Origin: Hyperthermus butylicus DSM 5456
GTDB lineage: Archaea; Thermoproteota; Thermoprotei_A; Sulfolobales; Pyrodictiaceae
Assembly: GCF_000015145.1 (NCBI RefSeq)
Contig: NC_008818.1
Location: 120,001 to 152,000, forward strand
Length of the DNA: 32,000 nucleotides
Direction: 5' to 3'
Both the position numbers and the translations under genes were made by a program. Shown one piece after another: positions 23,645 to 31,524 of this stretch. The notes beneath the pieces were generated by a model. It had not been told where the DNA came from and did not search any database. It saw only the letters and a list, made by a program, of their open reading frames with translations. The number at the start of each line of letters is the position of its first letter. Within the stretch, counting starts at the first letter, position 1.

Positions 23645-24529
23645 CTAGATGTGTTTTGATGTTATCTCCCACCTGCCATCGGGTGTTATGTAGCCTGTTG
23701 CCCTCCTTATGGCCCAGCAGTTGAACACGACGCCTACAGCATAGGTTGCTGGGTGTCGGTGCGCATAGTCTATGTGTACATCTAGCGCAGTGATCTTGCC
23801 GCCGAAGCCGTGTACGCCTATACCCAGACTGTTGATTGCATCGAGGAGCTTCTCCTCTAGCTCAGCTATTTCCGGCTCGGGATGCCTCTCGCCGAGAGGG
23901 CGTAGGAGGGCTGCCTTCCTGGCAATTGCCAGTGCTTGTTCGCCCAGCGCTGCGATGCCAACGCCGACGACTACGGGTGGGCATGGTTTAGGGCCGGCAG
24001 AGACAACGGCCTTTAGTACTGTCTCCCAGACGTTGCGGATCCCCCTTATCGGCAGTGCCATGTTAAGCGTTGAGGGCGCCTCGCTGCCACCGCCCTTAGC
24101 TACAAACGTGACTTCTAGCCGGTCACCCGGCACAATCTCTACGTCGAACCACGGTATGTGCCTGCCAGTATTATCGCCCGTGTTTCCACCGCGTATAGGG
24201 TTGACAGCATTGGGTCTCAATGGTATGAGCCTTGTCGCCTCTCTCACAGCTTCAGTAGCTACCTCGTATATCTTCGCCCGGAGGGGGAACTCCTCACCAA
24301 GCCTTATGTAGAACACCGGCGTACCGGTATCCTGGCATATAGGCTTACCAAGCTTTGCTGCTAGCTCGGAGTTCCTCAGAATGGCCTCCAGGTGCTGCTT
24401 CGCTATAGGGTTATCCTCAACCTCCAATGCTTTCTTAAGCGCGTTGTAGACGTCGAGCGGCAGCCGGGTCTCGGCAACCCTTATCAACTCGACGAGGAAC
24501 TCGCGTAGCCGGGCCTCAAGCTCAGGCAA
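23645..24529 (-). CDS. fumA: Class I (Fe-S) fumarate hydratase, alpha subunit
   Basis: ICQDTGTPVFYIRLG is the CQDTG cluster-ligand motif. GGNTGDNTG and FVAKGGGSE are also present. TTG start at 24529. It lies 23 nt upstream of the beta subunit. Confidence 0.9.
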   Translation of the reverse strand: MPELEARLREFLVELIRVAETRLPLDVYNALKKALEVEDNPIAKQHLEAILRNSELAAKLGKPICQDTGTPVFYIRLGEEFPLRAKIYEVATEAVREATRLIPLRPNAVNPIRGGNTGDNTGRHIPWFDVEIVPGDRLEVTFVAKGGGSEAPSTLNMALPIRGIRNVWETVLKAVVSAGPKPCPPVVVGVGIAALGEQALAIARKAALLRPLGERHPEPEIAELEEKLLDAINSLGIGVHGFGGKITALDVHIDYAHRHPATYAVGVVFNCWAIRRATGYITPDGRWEITSKHI

Positions 24530-24659
24530 CTGTCATCAACCCGTTTTGTTTCTCTGCAGCCGTACTTTCAATACTATTTACGGTGTGTAAAATATGCTAG
24601 TCAGTGCTGGTCAGAACCCAGTCAAGGACACCACCAGTATAAGCCCCGTTCAAGCAAGA

Positions 24660-25040
24660 TCGCGGAGCTGGGAGGCGGTGACGAGAAACCCCGGAGACCC
24701 GGCTTACGACCCGCCCTCGAGGCGGGGATGGGTGGAGCCCCGCATCACCGAGCCATCCTCTGTGATGTCTCCTAGGCTAAGCCCCTTGGAGCCACTGCGA
24801 CGCTAAGGGTATGACTATACTACTGTCCCTCGGAAGCTTTGAGGATGGGCCAGCCTAGCCAATTAACCTCAACGTGCAGCCAGCATCAACAGCAGCCCGC
24901 TAACAGTCGAGGTCTACGTGCTCTTGCAGCCTAGTCCATAGGCTATGTAGGCCAATCATTATAGCCCAGTTGGGCCTAGTACGTGTTGGGCCTATGAGGT
25001 AGTTTGGCTACCTCCTTAGCCCCCGCGTATTGGGGGCTGT
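24660..25040. ncRNA. Candidate structured non-coding RNA(s); identity and strand unresolved
   Basis: There is no credible ORF on either strand across the 732-nt gap 24530-25261. Local helices are dense: CCCGCC/GGCGGG (24710-24726), GGATGG/CCATCC (24726-31 with 24753-58), CATCAC/GTGATG (24743-48 with 24762-67), GAGGTAG/CTACCTC (24996-25014) and AGCCCCC/GGGGGCT (25018-25038). A possible closing helix pairs 24661-24675 with 25011-25027 (5+3+5 bp). A TATA-like TAAAATAT lies at 24586-24593. Confidence 0.3.
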
Positions 25041-25148
25041 GCTGACTTCCGGCCTTGCCGAGGCCCAAACAAGCAAAAATAGTGAAAGGAGCAAGGACAA
25101 AACAAGTTGGGACGAGAAGGCATCGGAAGAAAAAGCCTGGCCCCGCGT

Positions 25149-25192
25149 GTATCCCCTCCCGCTCACCTGCTGCTAGAGGAGGGAGGGGATAC
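25149..25192. repeat. Perfect 12-bp inverted repeat (stem-loop) upstream of the DUF62 gene
   Basis: GTATCCCCTCCC (25149-25160) and GGGAGGGGATAC (25181-25192) flank a 20-nt loop. A purine-rich tract precedes it (53 of the 65 nt in 25071-25135 are A/G). Function unknown. Confidence 0.7.
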
Positions 25193-25261
25193 TCACCATA
25201 GGGGTTTGGGATAGGCTGATTAGCCTCTCCATCGTCCTCCAGGGTTTGTAGGAGCTGGATT

Positions 25262-26101
25262 GTGGCTAGGGGGTGTCGGCTAGGTTTGGCTCCGCGGCCT
25301 ACTGGCGTGGTAGTTTACATGAGTGATTTCGGGTGGAGTGACCCTTATGCAGGCATTGTGCGCGGCGTTATCGACCTCGTCTCGGGTGGCCGTGTTAGGG
25401 TTATCGACTTGACGCATGATGTTCCCGCCTTTAGTATTGTTGCTGGCGCCTACATACTATACACTGGCTACAGGTTCTTTCGCCCCGGCACAGTCTTCCT
25501 GGTGGTCGTAGACCCGGGTGTTGGTACCGAGCGCCGAGCAATAGCCGTCGAGACTAGGAACTATTATTTCGTAGGCCCTGACAACGGCGTACTCTATCCA
25601 GCCATCGAGGAGGATGGTATTGTGAGAGTACACGAGATAAGTAACGAGGCAATATTCCTCAAACCAGTCTCAATGAGCTTCCATGGCCGCGACGTCTTCG
25701 GCCCAGCTGCAGCCCTCCTAGCCCTCGGCGTGCCTGTAAGTGCCCTCGGCGGCCCGGTTGAGCCCTCTACGCTACGTAGACTGAGCCTGAGAACACAATG
25801 CATAAATGAAGGCCGCGTTGAGGCCGAGGTAGTCTACATAGACCATTTCGGCAATGTAGCGCTAGGCCTCGAGAGGGATTGTGTGGAAAGGCTCTGCAGG
25901 CGGAGCGGCAGGGTGGTTGTGGAGACTGGTAGAGGAGTGTTTGAGGCTAAGTGTCTCCCAGTGTTTAGTCATGCAGAGCCGGGGGAGATGGTGTTCTACC
26001 TTAACAGTCTGGGGTTCCCAGAGCTGGCAGTAAACCTTGGAAATGCAGGGGAAAAGCTGGGTGTGAGGATAGGAGAGAGATTAGTTATCGCGCCTGGCTA
26101 G
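25262..26101 (+). CDS. S-adenosyl-L-methionine hydroxide adenosyltransferase (DUF62, chlorinase/fluorinase-like fold)
   Basis: VVYMSDFGWSDPYAGIVRGVI (family motif TDFG..D.Y.G..KGVI), FLVVVDPGVGTERR, GPDNG, FHGRDVFGP and YIDHFGNV. The family-typical N-terminus suggests the start may be GTG 25307 rather than GTG 25262. Confidence 0.8.
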   Translation: MARGCRLGLAPRPTGVVVYMSDFGWSDPYAGIVRGVIDLVSGGRVRVIDLTHDVPAFSIVAGAYILYTGYRFFRPGTVFLVVVDPGVGTERRAIAVETRNYYFVGPDNGVLYPAIEEDGIVRVHEISNEAIFLKPVSMSFHGRDVFGPAAALLALGVPVSALGGPVEPSTLRRLSLRTQCINEGRVEAEVVYIDHFGNVALGLERDCVERLCRRSGRVVVETGRGVFEAKCLPVFSHAEPGEMVFYLNSLGFPELAVNLGNAGEKLGVRIGERLVIAPG

Positions 26102-26359
26102 CAGGTATAGCCTCAAACCACTCCTCCCCAGGGGGCAGTCTCGCCTCTTGCCCGGGGTACAGATTCTAGCTAGTGGACAGTACTGGCATGGATTGCCGCC
26201 CCCACTTAGCTCGCGTAGATAGCCCTGGGCGAGCAGTACCGCTATGAGCATCTCAGCTGTGCCCTTATCGACTCCCAGCTCTTTCTCCAGCAGCTCTGGA
26301 GAGACAACCCTGTACCTTCTAACCACGCTGAGGGCTTTCTGGACTAGCTGCTTACCCAT
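26081..26359 (-). CDS. feoC: FeoC-like small winged-helix protein with a C-terminal four-Cys cluster
   Basis: It begins 22 nt downstream of the feoB stop on the same strand. ATG 26359 is preceded by GGGGAGGAG. The HTH-like SPELLEKELGVDKGTAEMLIAVLLAQGYL is followed by CQYCPLARICTPGKRRDC (C-x2-C-x5-C-x7-C). The assignment rests on architecture and context only. Confidence 0.55.
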   Translation of the reverse strand: MGKQLVQKALSVVRRYRVVSPELLEKELGVDKGTAEMLIAVLLAQGYLRELSGGGNPCQYCPLARICTPGKRRDCPLGRSGLRLYLLARRDN

Positions 26360-26381
26360 CAGACTCCTCCCCGCCAGCAAG

Positions 26382-28535
26382 CTATGTCAATGGTAGTAGT
26401 ACGTAGTAGGTTGCGAGCGAGAATACTGTCGCGAGTGATACCATGTATGCTAGTGCTGCTAGTACGAGCTTGGCGCTCCTAACCTCCTGATACATCACGG
26501 CCAGTGTTGCTAGGCATGGCAGGTAGAGCATCACGAATACGAGCAGAGCCATTGCTTGTGGTGTTGTTAAGCCTAGGCTCTGGAGAGCTTCTACGGGGTC
26601 CTCTGTGCCCTGCATTAGTGCAACAGTCTCTACCAGAGCCTCCTTCGCTATAAAGCCGTTGATAACCGCGAACATTACTCTCCACGCAGTTTCGCGATCC
26701 ATGCCCCACAAGGTCTCGGCTATTGGTGCGAAGTACTTGCCCAGCATGGCGCCATAGCTCTCAGCAGAATTCCCAACCACGCCGCCTGGCCCGTAGCTCA
26801 GCAAGGCCCATGTTACCACGCTCAGTGCGAGGATGATGCCACCAGCCTTCTTTAGGAAGTGTTTGCTATAGTCCCATGTTATCCACCATACAACCCTCCA
26901 GCTCGGCTTGTGTATCGGCGGTATCTCTATCACAAACTCTGGGGCATCCCTCCTCTTGAAGTATAGCCTCCGTACTAGTAGCGCTGTTAACAGGTACACC
27001 AGTATGCCGAGCAGATATGCAGCTAGTACTCCTGCAGCCTGCATCACGGGCGAATGTACGAAGGTTAGCATGAACGCTAGCAGCACCAGCAGGCGTGCCT
27101 GGCACGGTATGAACGGTATGGCTAGTACTGTTTCAATACGCTCCTCCTCCTCTATTGCAGCCCTGCTAGCCATTACGCCCGGCACGTTACAGCCAAAGCT
27201 GATCAGCATCGGGAATAGCGCCTTGCCGCTGAGCCCGAACCTGGCAAATAACCCGTGCATCGCCATAGCTATCCTCGGTGCTACGCCGGAATCCTCCATC
27301 ATTGCTATGACAGCAGATACCAGCATGATTAGCGGGAGGAATGATAATACACTGCCTACACCCGGTATCACCCCATCGGCTAGCAGGCTCACAATCCACT
27401 CCGGGGTCCTCCCAGCTAGTGCTGCCTCGGTAGCGCCTGCTAGCCAGTTGAAGAAGCTGCCCAGCAACCCGCTAATACTATACTCCTCCACCATTGCGGC
27501 GAGGTCCACGTAACCTAGTTCCTCGAATATTATGTTCAGTGGGAACCCGGTGTTAACCGTGAAGATCGCAAGGAATGCTAGGAATAGCAGCGAGAGGCCA
27601 AGCACGGGGCCAAGTATAGGCCTCTGAAAGAGTTCTTCGAGTATCGCTGCTAGCTTCGACTCCGGCCTCTGAACCCGGACAATGGCACCCTTCACCAGCT
27701 TCTCAGCATACTCGAACCTTGCTGACACTGCAGCATCCTCCGGGTTCATGCCACTACTCTTGCGGAAGTGCTCTCTCAGCTCCCTAGCCTTCTCCACGAT
27801 GTCGCCACGGCCGGCCTTCACCAGCAGTTCCTCGAGCCGTGGATCGCCCTCTATGAGGCGTACCGCTAACCACCTAGGATTGTAGTTCTTGAGCGGATTA
27901 TCCCTAGCTATGTGAGCTTCCAGCTCAGCTATGTATGGTTCGAGAACACCATAGTCTATTCTTAGTGGCTCTTTACGCCCCTTCCTCCCCTCAGCAACAT
28001 CAATCAAGGTTCTCATGAGTTCGTCTATTCCCAGCCTCTGTAGCGCCGAGACAGTAACCACGGGTACTCCCAGCTTCTTCTCGAGTTCGTCTACGTGGAT
28101 GTGTATGCCCATGCTATGGGCTAGATCCATCTTGTTAAGGGCTATGACTACTCGTGCTGTTAACTCAAGTATCTGTAGTGCGAGGTAGAGGGTTCTCTCT
28201 GGTGCTGTTGCGTCGGCGATTACGAGTATGACGTCCGGTATGCCAGTGACAATAAACTCCCTAGCTACGACCTCCTCCTGGCTGGAAGCGGAGATGCCAT
28301 AGGTGCCTGGTAAGTCTACAAAGCATATCGTCTTGTCACCATACCTACTCACAGCAGCTTCAAGCTCTACTGTTACACCGGGCCAGTTTGCAACATGGGC
28401 CGTCTTGCCCGTAAGCGTGTTGAACAATGTTGATTTGCCGACATTAGGGTTGCCAACCAATGCTACTACTAGTTTGCAATCCTTTCCTTTTTGAAGCGTC
28501 TTCGTCCCAGATTTATGGCCTATCTGTAGCACCAT
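26382..28535 (-). CDS. feoB: Ferrous iron transporter FeoB (N-terminal G domain plus polytopic permease)
   Basis: G1 motif GNPNVGKST. DLPGTY and NKMD are present, followed by a long membrane domain. ATG 28535 (MVLQIGHKSG...) is preferred over the track start at 28589, which would remove the divergent promoter. Confidence 0.92.
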   Translation of the reverse strand: MVLQIGHKSGTKTLQKGKDCKLVVALVGNPNVGKSTLFNTLTGKTAHVANWPGVTVELEAAVSRYGDKTICFVDLPGTYGISASSQEEVVAREFIVTGIPDVILVIADATAPERTLYLALQILELTARVVIALNKMDLAHSMGIHIHVDELEKKLGVPVVTVSALQRLGIDELMRTLIDVAEGRKGRKEPLRIDYGVLEPYIAELEAHIARDNPLKNYNPRWLAVRLIEGDPRLEELLVKAGRGDIVEKARELREHFRKSSGMNPEDAAVSARFEYAEKLVKGAIVRVQRPESKLAAILEELFQRPILGPVLGLSLLFLAFLAIFTVNTGFPLNIIFEELGYVDLAAMVEEYSISGLLGSFFNWLAGATEAALAGRTPEWIVSLLADGVIPGVGSVLSFLPLIMLVSAVIAMMEDSGVAPRIAMAMHGLFARFGLSGKALFPMLISFGCNVPGVMASRAAIEEEERIETVLAIPFIPCQARLLVLLAFMLTFVHSPVMQAAGVLAAYLLGILVYLLTALLVRRLYFKRRDAPEFVIEIPPIHKPSWRVVWWITWDYSKHFLKKAGGIILALSVVTWALLSYGPGGVVGNSAESYGAMLGKYFAPIAETLWGMDRETAWRVMFAVINGFIAKEALVETVALMQGTEDPVEALQSLGLTTPQAMALLVFVMLYLPCLATLAVMYQEVRSAKLVLAALAYMVSLATVFSLATYYVLLPLT

Positions 28536-28556
28536 GATCTTCTTCACCCGTTTAGA

Positions 28557-28572
28557 TTTAGATATATCTAAA
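28557..28572. promoter_or_regulatory. Perfect 16-bp palindrome TTTAGATATATCTAAA; candidate metalloregulator operator overlapping promoter elements
   Basis: It lies in the 78-nt divergent gap between feoB (start 28535) and the DtxR-family gene (start 28614). The TTAG...CTAA arms resemble DtxR/IdeR-type boxes. A TTTATAA TATA-like word (28576-28582) follows, about 32-38 nt before the 28614 ATG. Confidence 0.5.
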
Positions 28573-28613
28573 CCTTTATAAGGTGTCAAGATAGTTTTGT
28601 TTAGCAGGGGTAA

Positions 28614-29333
28614 ATGGTGGATTTTCGTAGCAGGCGGGCGGTTGCGGAGAGAAGGAGGCTAACCGGCACCGAAGCAGCAACGACAGCTCTCGAGGACTAC
28701 CTTGTAACTATATACAAGCTCGAGGAGACGCTGGGGGCTGCACGCACGACTCTTATAGCAAAGGAACTTGGGGTTAAGCCAGCTACGGTGTCGAAGATCC
28801 TGACTAAGCTTGAAGCTGAGGGCTACGTAGTGAGGGAGAAGTATCGCGGTGCACGCTTAACGGGGCTCGGTAGGAGGATTGCCGAGCGCATCATCTGGAA
28901 ACACCGTGTGATAGAGAGGTTTCTTCACGACTACGTGGGCCTAGACCCGCTCAGGGCTCACAGATATGCGCACATGATGGAGCATCTCCCCGACGAGATT
29001 ATTGATAGAATCTATGAGAGGCTTGGTAGGCCCGGCACGTGTCCGATGGGCAACCCGATCCCGGGTGCTAAGGTTCCCGAGGAGATACGGAGGGCGGTGC
29101 CGCTCTCAAGCCTCCAGAGCGGTGCATGTGGGAAGATTGTGAGGATAACAATGGCTGTCCATGAGTGGGGCCGTAGGCTCATAGAGCAGGGCATATTTAT
29201 TGGTCGTCGTGTCTGCGTAATCTATGCTGGGCAAAGCCACTTGATAGTAGACGTTGAGGGTATCGGCGAGCGAGAGGTTCCCGTCATGCACGCCTGCCTC
29301 GTATATGTTCTACCAGAAAACAGTGCTAGCTAA
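28614..29333 (+). CDS. DtxR/MntR-family metal-dependent transcriptional repressor with a C-terminal FeoA/SH3-like domain
   Basis: LEDYLVTIYKLEE...IAKELGVKPATVSKILTKLEAEGYVVRE...RLTGLGRRIAERIIWKHRVIERFL...AHMMEHLPDEIIDRIYERLGRPGTCPMGNPIPG is collinear with the DtxR family. The C-terminal GACGKIVRI...GIFIGRRVCV is FeoA-like. Confidence 0.88.
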   Translation: MVDFRSRRAVAERRRLTGTEAATTALEDYLVTIYKLEETLGAARTTLIAKELGVKPATVSKILTKLEAEGYVVREKYRGARLTGLGRRIAERIIWKHRVIERFLHDYVGLDPLRAHRYAHMMEHLPDEIIDRIYERLGRPGTCPMGNPIPGAKVPEEIRRAVPLSSLQSGACGKIVRITMAVHEWGRRLIEQGIFIGRRVCVIYAGQSHLIVDVEGIGEREVPVMHACLVYVLPENSAS

Positions 29334-29339
29334 ACGGGG

Positions 29340-29615
29340 GTGCAAGACATCTTGACGGCTATGCCTACGGACACGTCACGTCCGAGAGCGGTCCCGCTAG
29401 TAGCATTACCGCCAGGCTCTAGGGCCCGCATATTAACCGTCACAAACGGAGGCCATGGTGTAAGGATGAGGCTCCTACAAATGGGGCTAACGCCCGGCGC
29501 TGTCGTCGAGATAGTGGAGAACTATGGTAGGGGCCCTATACTCGTAAGGGTTCGCGGCGCCGTCATAGCCCTTGGGCGTGGCTTGGCGGAAAAGGTTCTA
29601 GTAGAGCCCGTCTAG
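29340..29615 (+). CDS. feoA: FeoA family protein
   Basis: PLVALPPGSRARILTV...VRMRLLQMGLTPGAVVEIVENYGRGPILVRVRGAVIALGRGLAEKVLVE follows the FeoA SH3-like pattern. The start is GTG 29340 or ATG 29361. Confidence 0.8.
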   Translation: MQDILTAMPTDTSRPRAVPLVALPPGSRARILTVTNGGHGVRMRLLQMGLTPGAVVEIVENYGRGPILVRVRGAVIALGRGLAEKVLVEPV

Positions 29616-29621
29616 AAGCCG

Positions 29622-29888
29622 TTGTTAGCGGTGTATGCTCCTTTGAGTGGGGCTGTCGACGAGCTAGCTAGGCTTCTCGAAAAGCTTGGTGCAAAGGTCG
29701 AGGAGCGCAGTGGCCTCATAGTAATACGTGTTGACGGTAAGGGATTCACACTTGCTAGCCTCCCCCGCGAGGTTTTGGAAAAGCTAGCTGTGCTTGAAAG
29801 GTTTGCTGTTGAAGCAGGTGACGGCTACTACTTCTACTTCCGCGGCGAGGATGTGAGGAGGCTTCTCGAAAAGCAGGCTATGGCTTGA
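29622..29888 (+). CDS. Hypothetical small protein (88 aa) downstream of feoA
   Basis: TTG start 7 nt after the feoA stop, on the same strand. The sequence is balanced and non-repetitive (AVDELARLLEKLGAKVEERSGLIVIRVDGKGFTLASLPREVLEKLAVLERFAVEAGDGYYFYFRGEDVRRLLE). I recognise no motif. The 3' end overlaps the convergent carboxypeptidase gene by 11 nt. Confidence 0.45.
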   Translation: MLAVYAPLSGAVDELARLLEKLGAKVEERSGLIVIRVDGKGFTLASLPREVLEKLAVLERFAVEAGDGYYFYFRGEDVRRLLEKQAMA

Positions 29889-31413
29889 GATAATCCTCTA
29901 CCTCTCCCGGCAGCTTGAGGTACTTCCACTCCAGATACTCTATGAGAGGCCCTGCAGTTATCTCTTCGCCCATAACCCTCTTCACAAGCTCCTTCGGCGG
30001 ATAGGTTGCACCCCACTTGTGTATGTTCTCGCCGAGCCATCTGCGCAGCTCTGCTAGCCTCAGCTCTCGCAGCAGCTCCTGGCTGCGGCTCCACAGAGTT
30101 CTCCATATCATTGCTGCTATCACGTTGCCTAGCGTGTAGGTTGGGAAGTAGCCTATACTCCCGTGGCTCCAGTGTATATCCTGTAGCACGCCCTCAGCAG
30201 CATTGCGCGGCCTTACGCCCAGCAGCTCCTCCATCATGTCGTCCCACACCTGGGGCACCTCGTCAACGTTTAGGCTCTGCTCTATCAGCTTCTTCTCTAT
30301 CGTGAACCTGAGGTAGATGTGGAGGTTATAGGTTACCTCGTCGGCGTCAACCCTTATGAGGCCCGGCTTCACAGTGTTAACATACCTATATAGCTCTAGG
30401 AGGGTGTAGTCCCTAGTGTAGCCTATCGTTTTGTCCATCCTCTCTTTGAGCCATGGTATGAACCAGGGGCCACGTCCAACTATGTTCTCCCAGAACCTGG
30501 ACTGGCTCTCGTGCACACCCATGCTGACACCGTGGCCTATTGGTGTGCGTGCTATCCTCGGGTCTATCTGTAGCTCGTAGAGGGCGTGGCCATACTCGTG
30601 CACGAGGCTATACACAGCCCTCTTGATGTCATAGCCCTCGTAGCGCACTGTTATTCTAACATCGTTCATGCCTAGCTCTATGGTGAATGGGTGAGCTGAC
30701 TCATCGAGCCTGCCACGATCCCATGGCCACTCAAAGCCGTTAAGTATTGATTTGAGGAGCTCCCTCGCCCTGGCCACATCGTACTTTGCCTCTTCGAGAG
30801 GGTGATTCTGCGGGTAGAAGCCGCCGCTCAGCACCTTCTCCAGGATCCTTTTGGTTGCGGGGACTAGCTCGGAGAAGATGGCTTCCATGTCGCGTGTCCT
30901 TAGTCCCTCTTCGTAGAGGTCTAGGAGCGCGTCGTAGGGGTGCTCCTCGTAGCCTAACCGTTCAGCCTTCTCCCTCTGTATCTCGACGATCTCCTTTAGA
31001 TATGGCTCGAACATCTTGAAGTCAGCCTTCTTCTTGGCCTCCCTCCAGACCACCGTAGCTTCGCTTGATACCTTTGCCTCCCTCCTAGCTAGCTCCTCCG
31101 GTATGAGCTTCACAATGCGGAGCATCCTCTTCATAACCCTTACAACGCCGCGCTCGTAGTCGTTTAGCTGGTCTAGCCTCTCATTAGCCTTCTCCACAAG
31201 CTTCTCAAGCTCCGGATCCCTGCTGAGCCTATGGAGGAGGCCCTCAAGCTCCTCGAACGCTACTGAGCGGTCCTCTACGCCGCGCGGGGGCATGTATGTC
31301 TCCAGATCCCAGCTCATGAGGCTTAGGGCGTGCTTGAGTGCCCAGAGGACGCGGGTCTTCTCAATTATCTTCTTGACGATCTCGTCCTGGAAGAGATGGG
31401 TCTGCTCGGACAA
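29878..31413 (-). CDS. Carboxypeptidase Taq-type metallopeptidase (family M32)
   Basis: HEYGHALYE (HExxH), HESQSRFWEN, DIHWSHGSIGYFPTYTLGN and IRVDADEVTYNLHI are signature M32 blocks. ATG start. Confidence 0.92.
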   Translation of the reverse strand: MSEQTHLFQDEIVKKIIEKTRVLWALKHALSLMSWDLETYMPPRGVEDRSVAFEELEGLLHRLSRDPELEKLVEKANERLDQLNDYERGVVRVMKRMLRIVKLIPEELARREAKVSSEATVVWREAKKKADFKMFEPYLKEIVEIQREKAERLGYEEHPYDALLDLYEEGLRTRDMEAIFSELVPATKRILEKVLSGGFYPQNHPLEEAKYDVARARELLKSILNGFEWPWDRGRLDESAHPFTIELGMNDVRITVRYEGYDIKRAVYSLVHEYGHALYELQIDPRIARTPIGHGVSMGVHESQSRFWENIVGRGPWFIPWLKERMDKTIGYTRDYTLLELYRYVNTVKPGLIRVDADEVTYNLHIYLRFTIEKKLIEQSLNVDEVPQVWDDMMEELLGVRPRNAAEGVLQDIHWSHGSIGYFPTYTLGNVIAAMIWRTLWSRSQELLRELRLAELRRWLGENIHKWGATYPPKELVKRVMGEEITAGPLIEYLEWKYLKLPGEVEDYLKP

Positions 31414-31524
31414 AGGGGGTCTCCTCCGCTCGTTCCCGGGCTGGGCCTTGTGGGTTTTTGGTGTTTCCGCGACAGGTATTAGATGGGTTGCAGAAGCCTA
31501 GGTCATGCCTAGGTGTAGCAGTAA

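Noticed and set aside
24594-24806. 70-aa plus-strand ORF in the fumarase / DUF62 intergenic region
   Set aside because: It has Pro/Arg/Ser-rich composition, no motif, and coincides with stacked helices. Non-coding (RNA) is the better interpretation.
24660-25040. Calling the structured region RNase P RNA or SRP RNA outright
   Set aside because: Only a CR-V-like ACCCGGCTTAC (24697-24707) is present. No GAGGAAAGUCC-type CR-I partner able to form P4 is found on either strand. The nearest SRP helix-8-like string, GGCCGGAAGUCAGCA on the minus strand at 25041-25055, does not form the required stem. It is left as an unassigned candidate.
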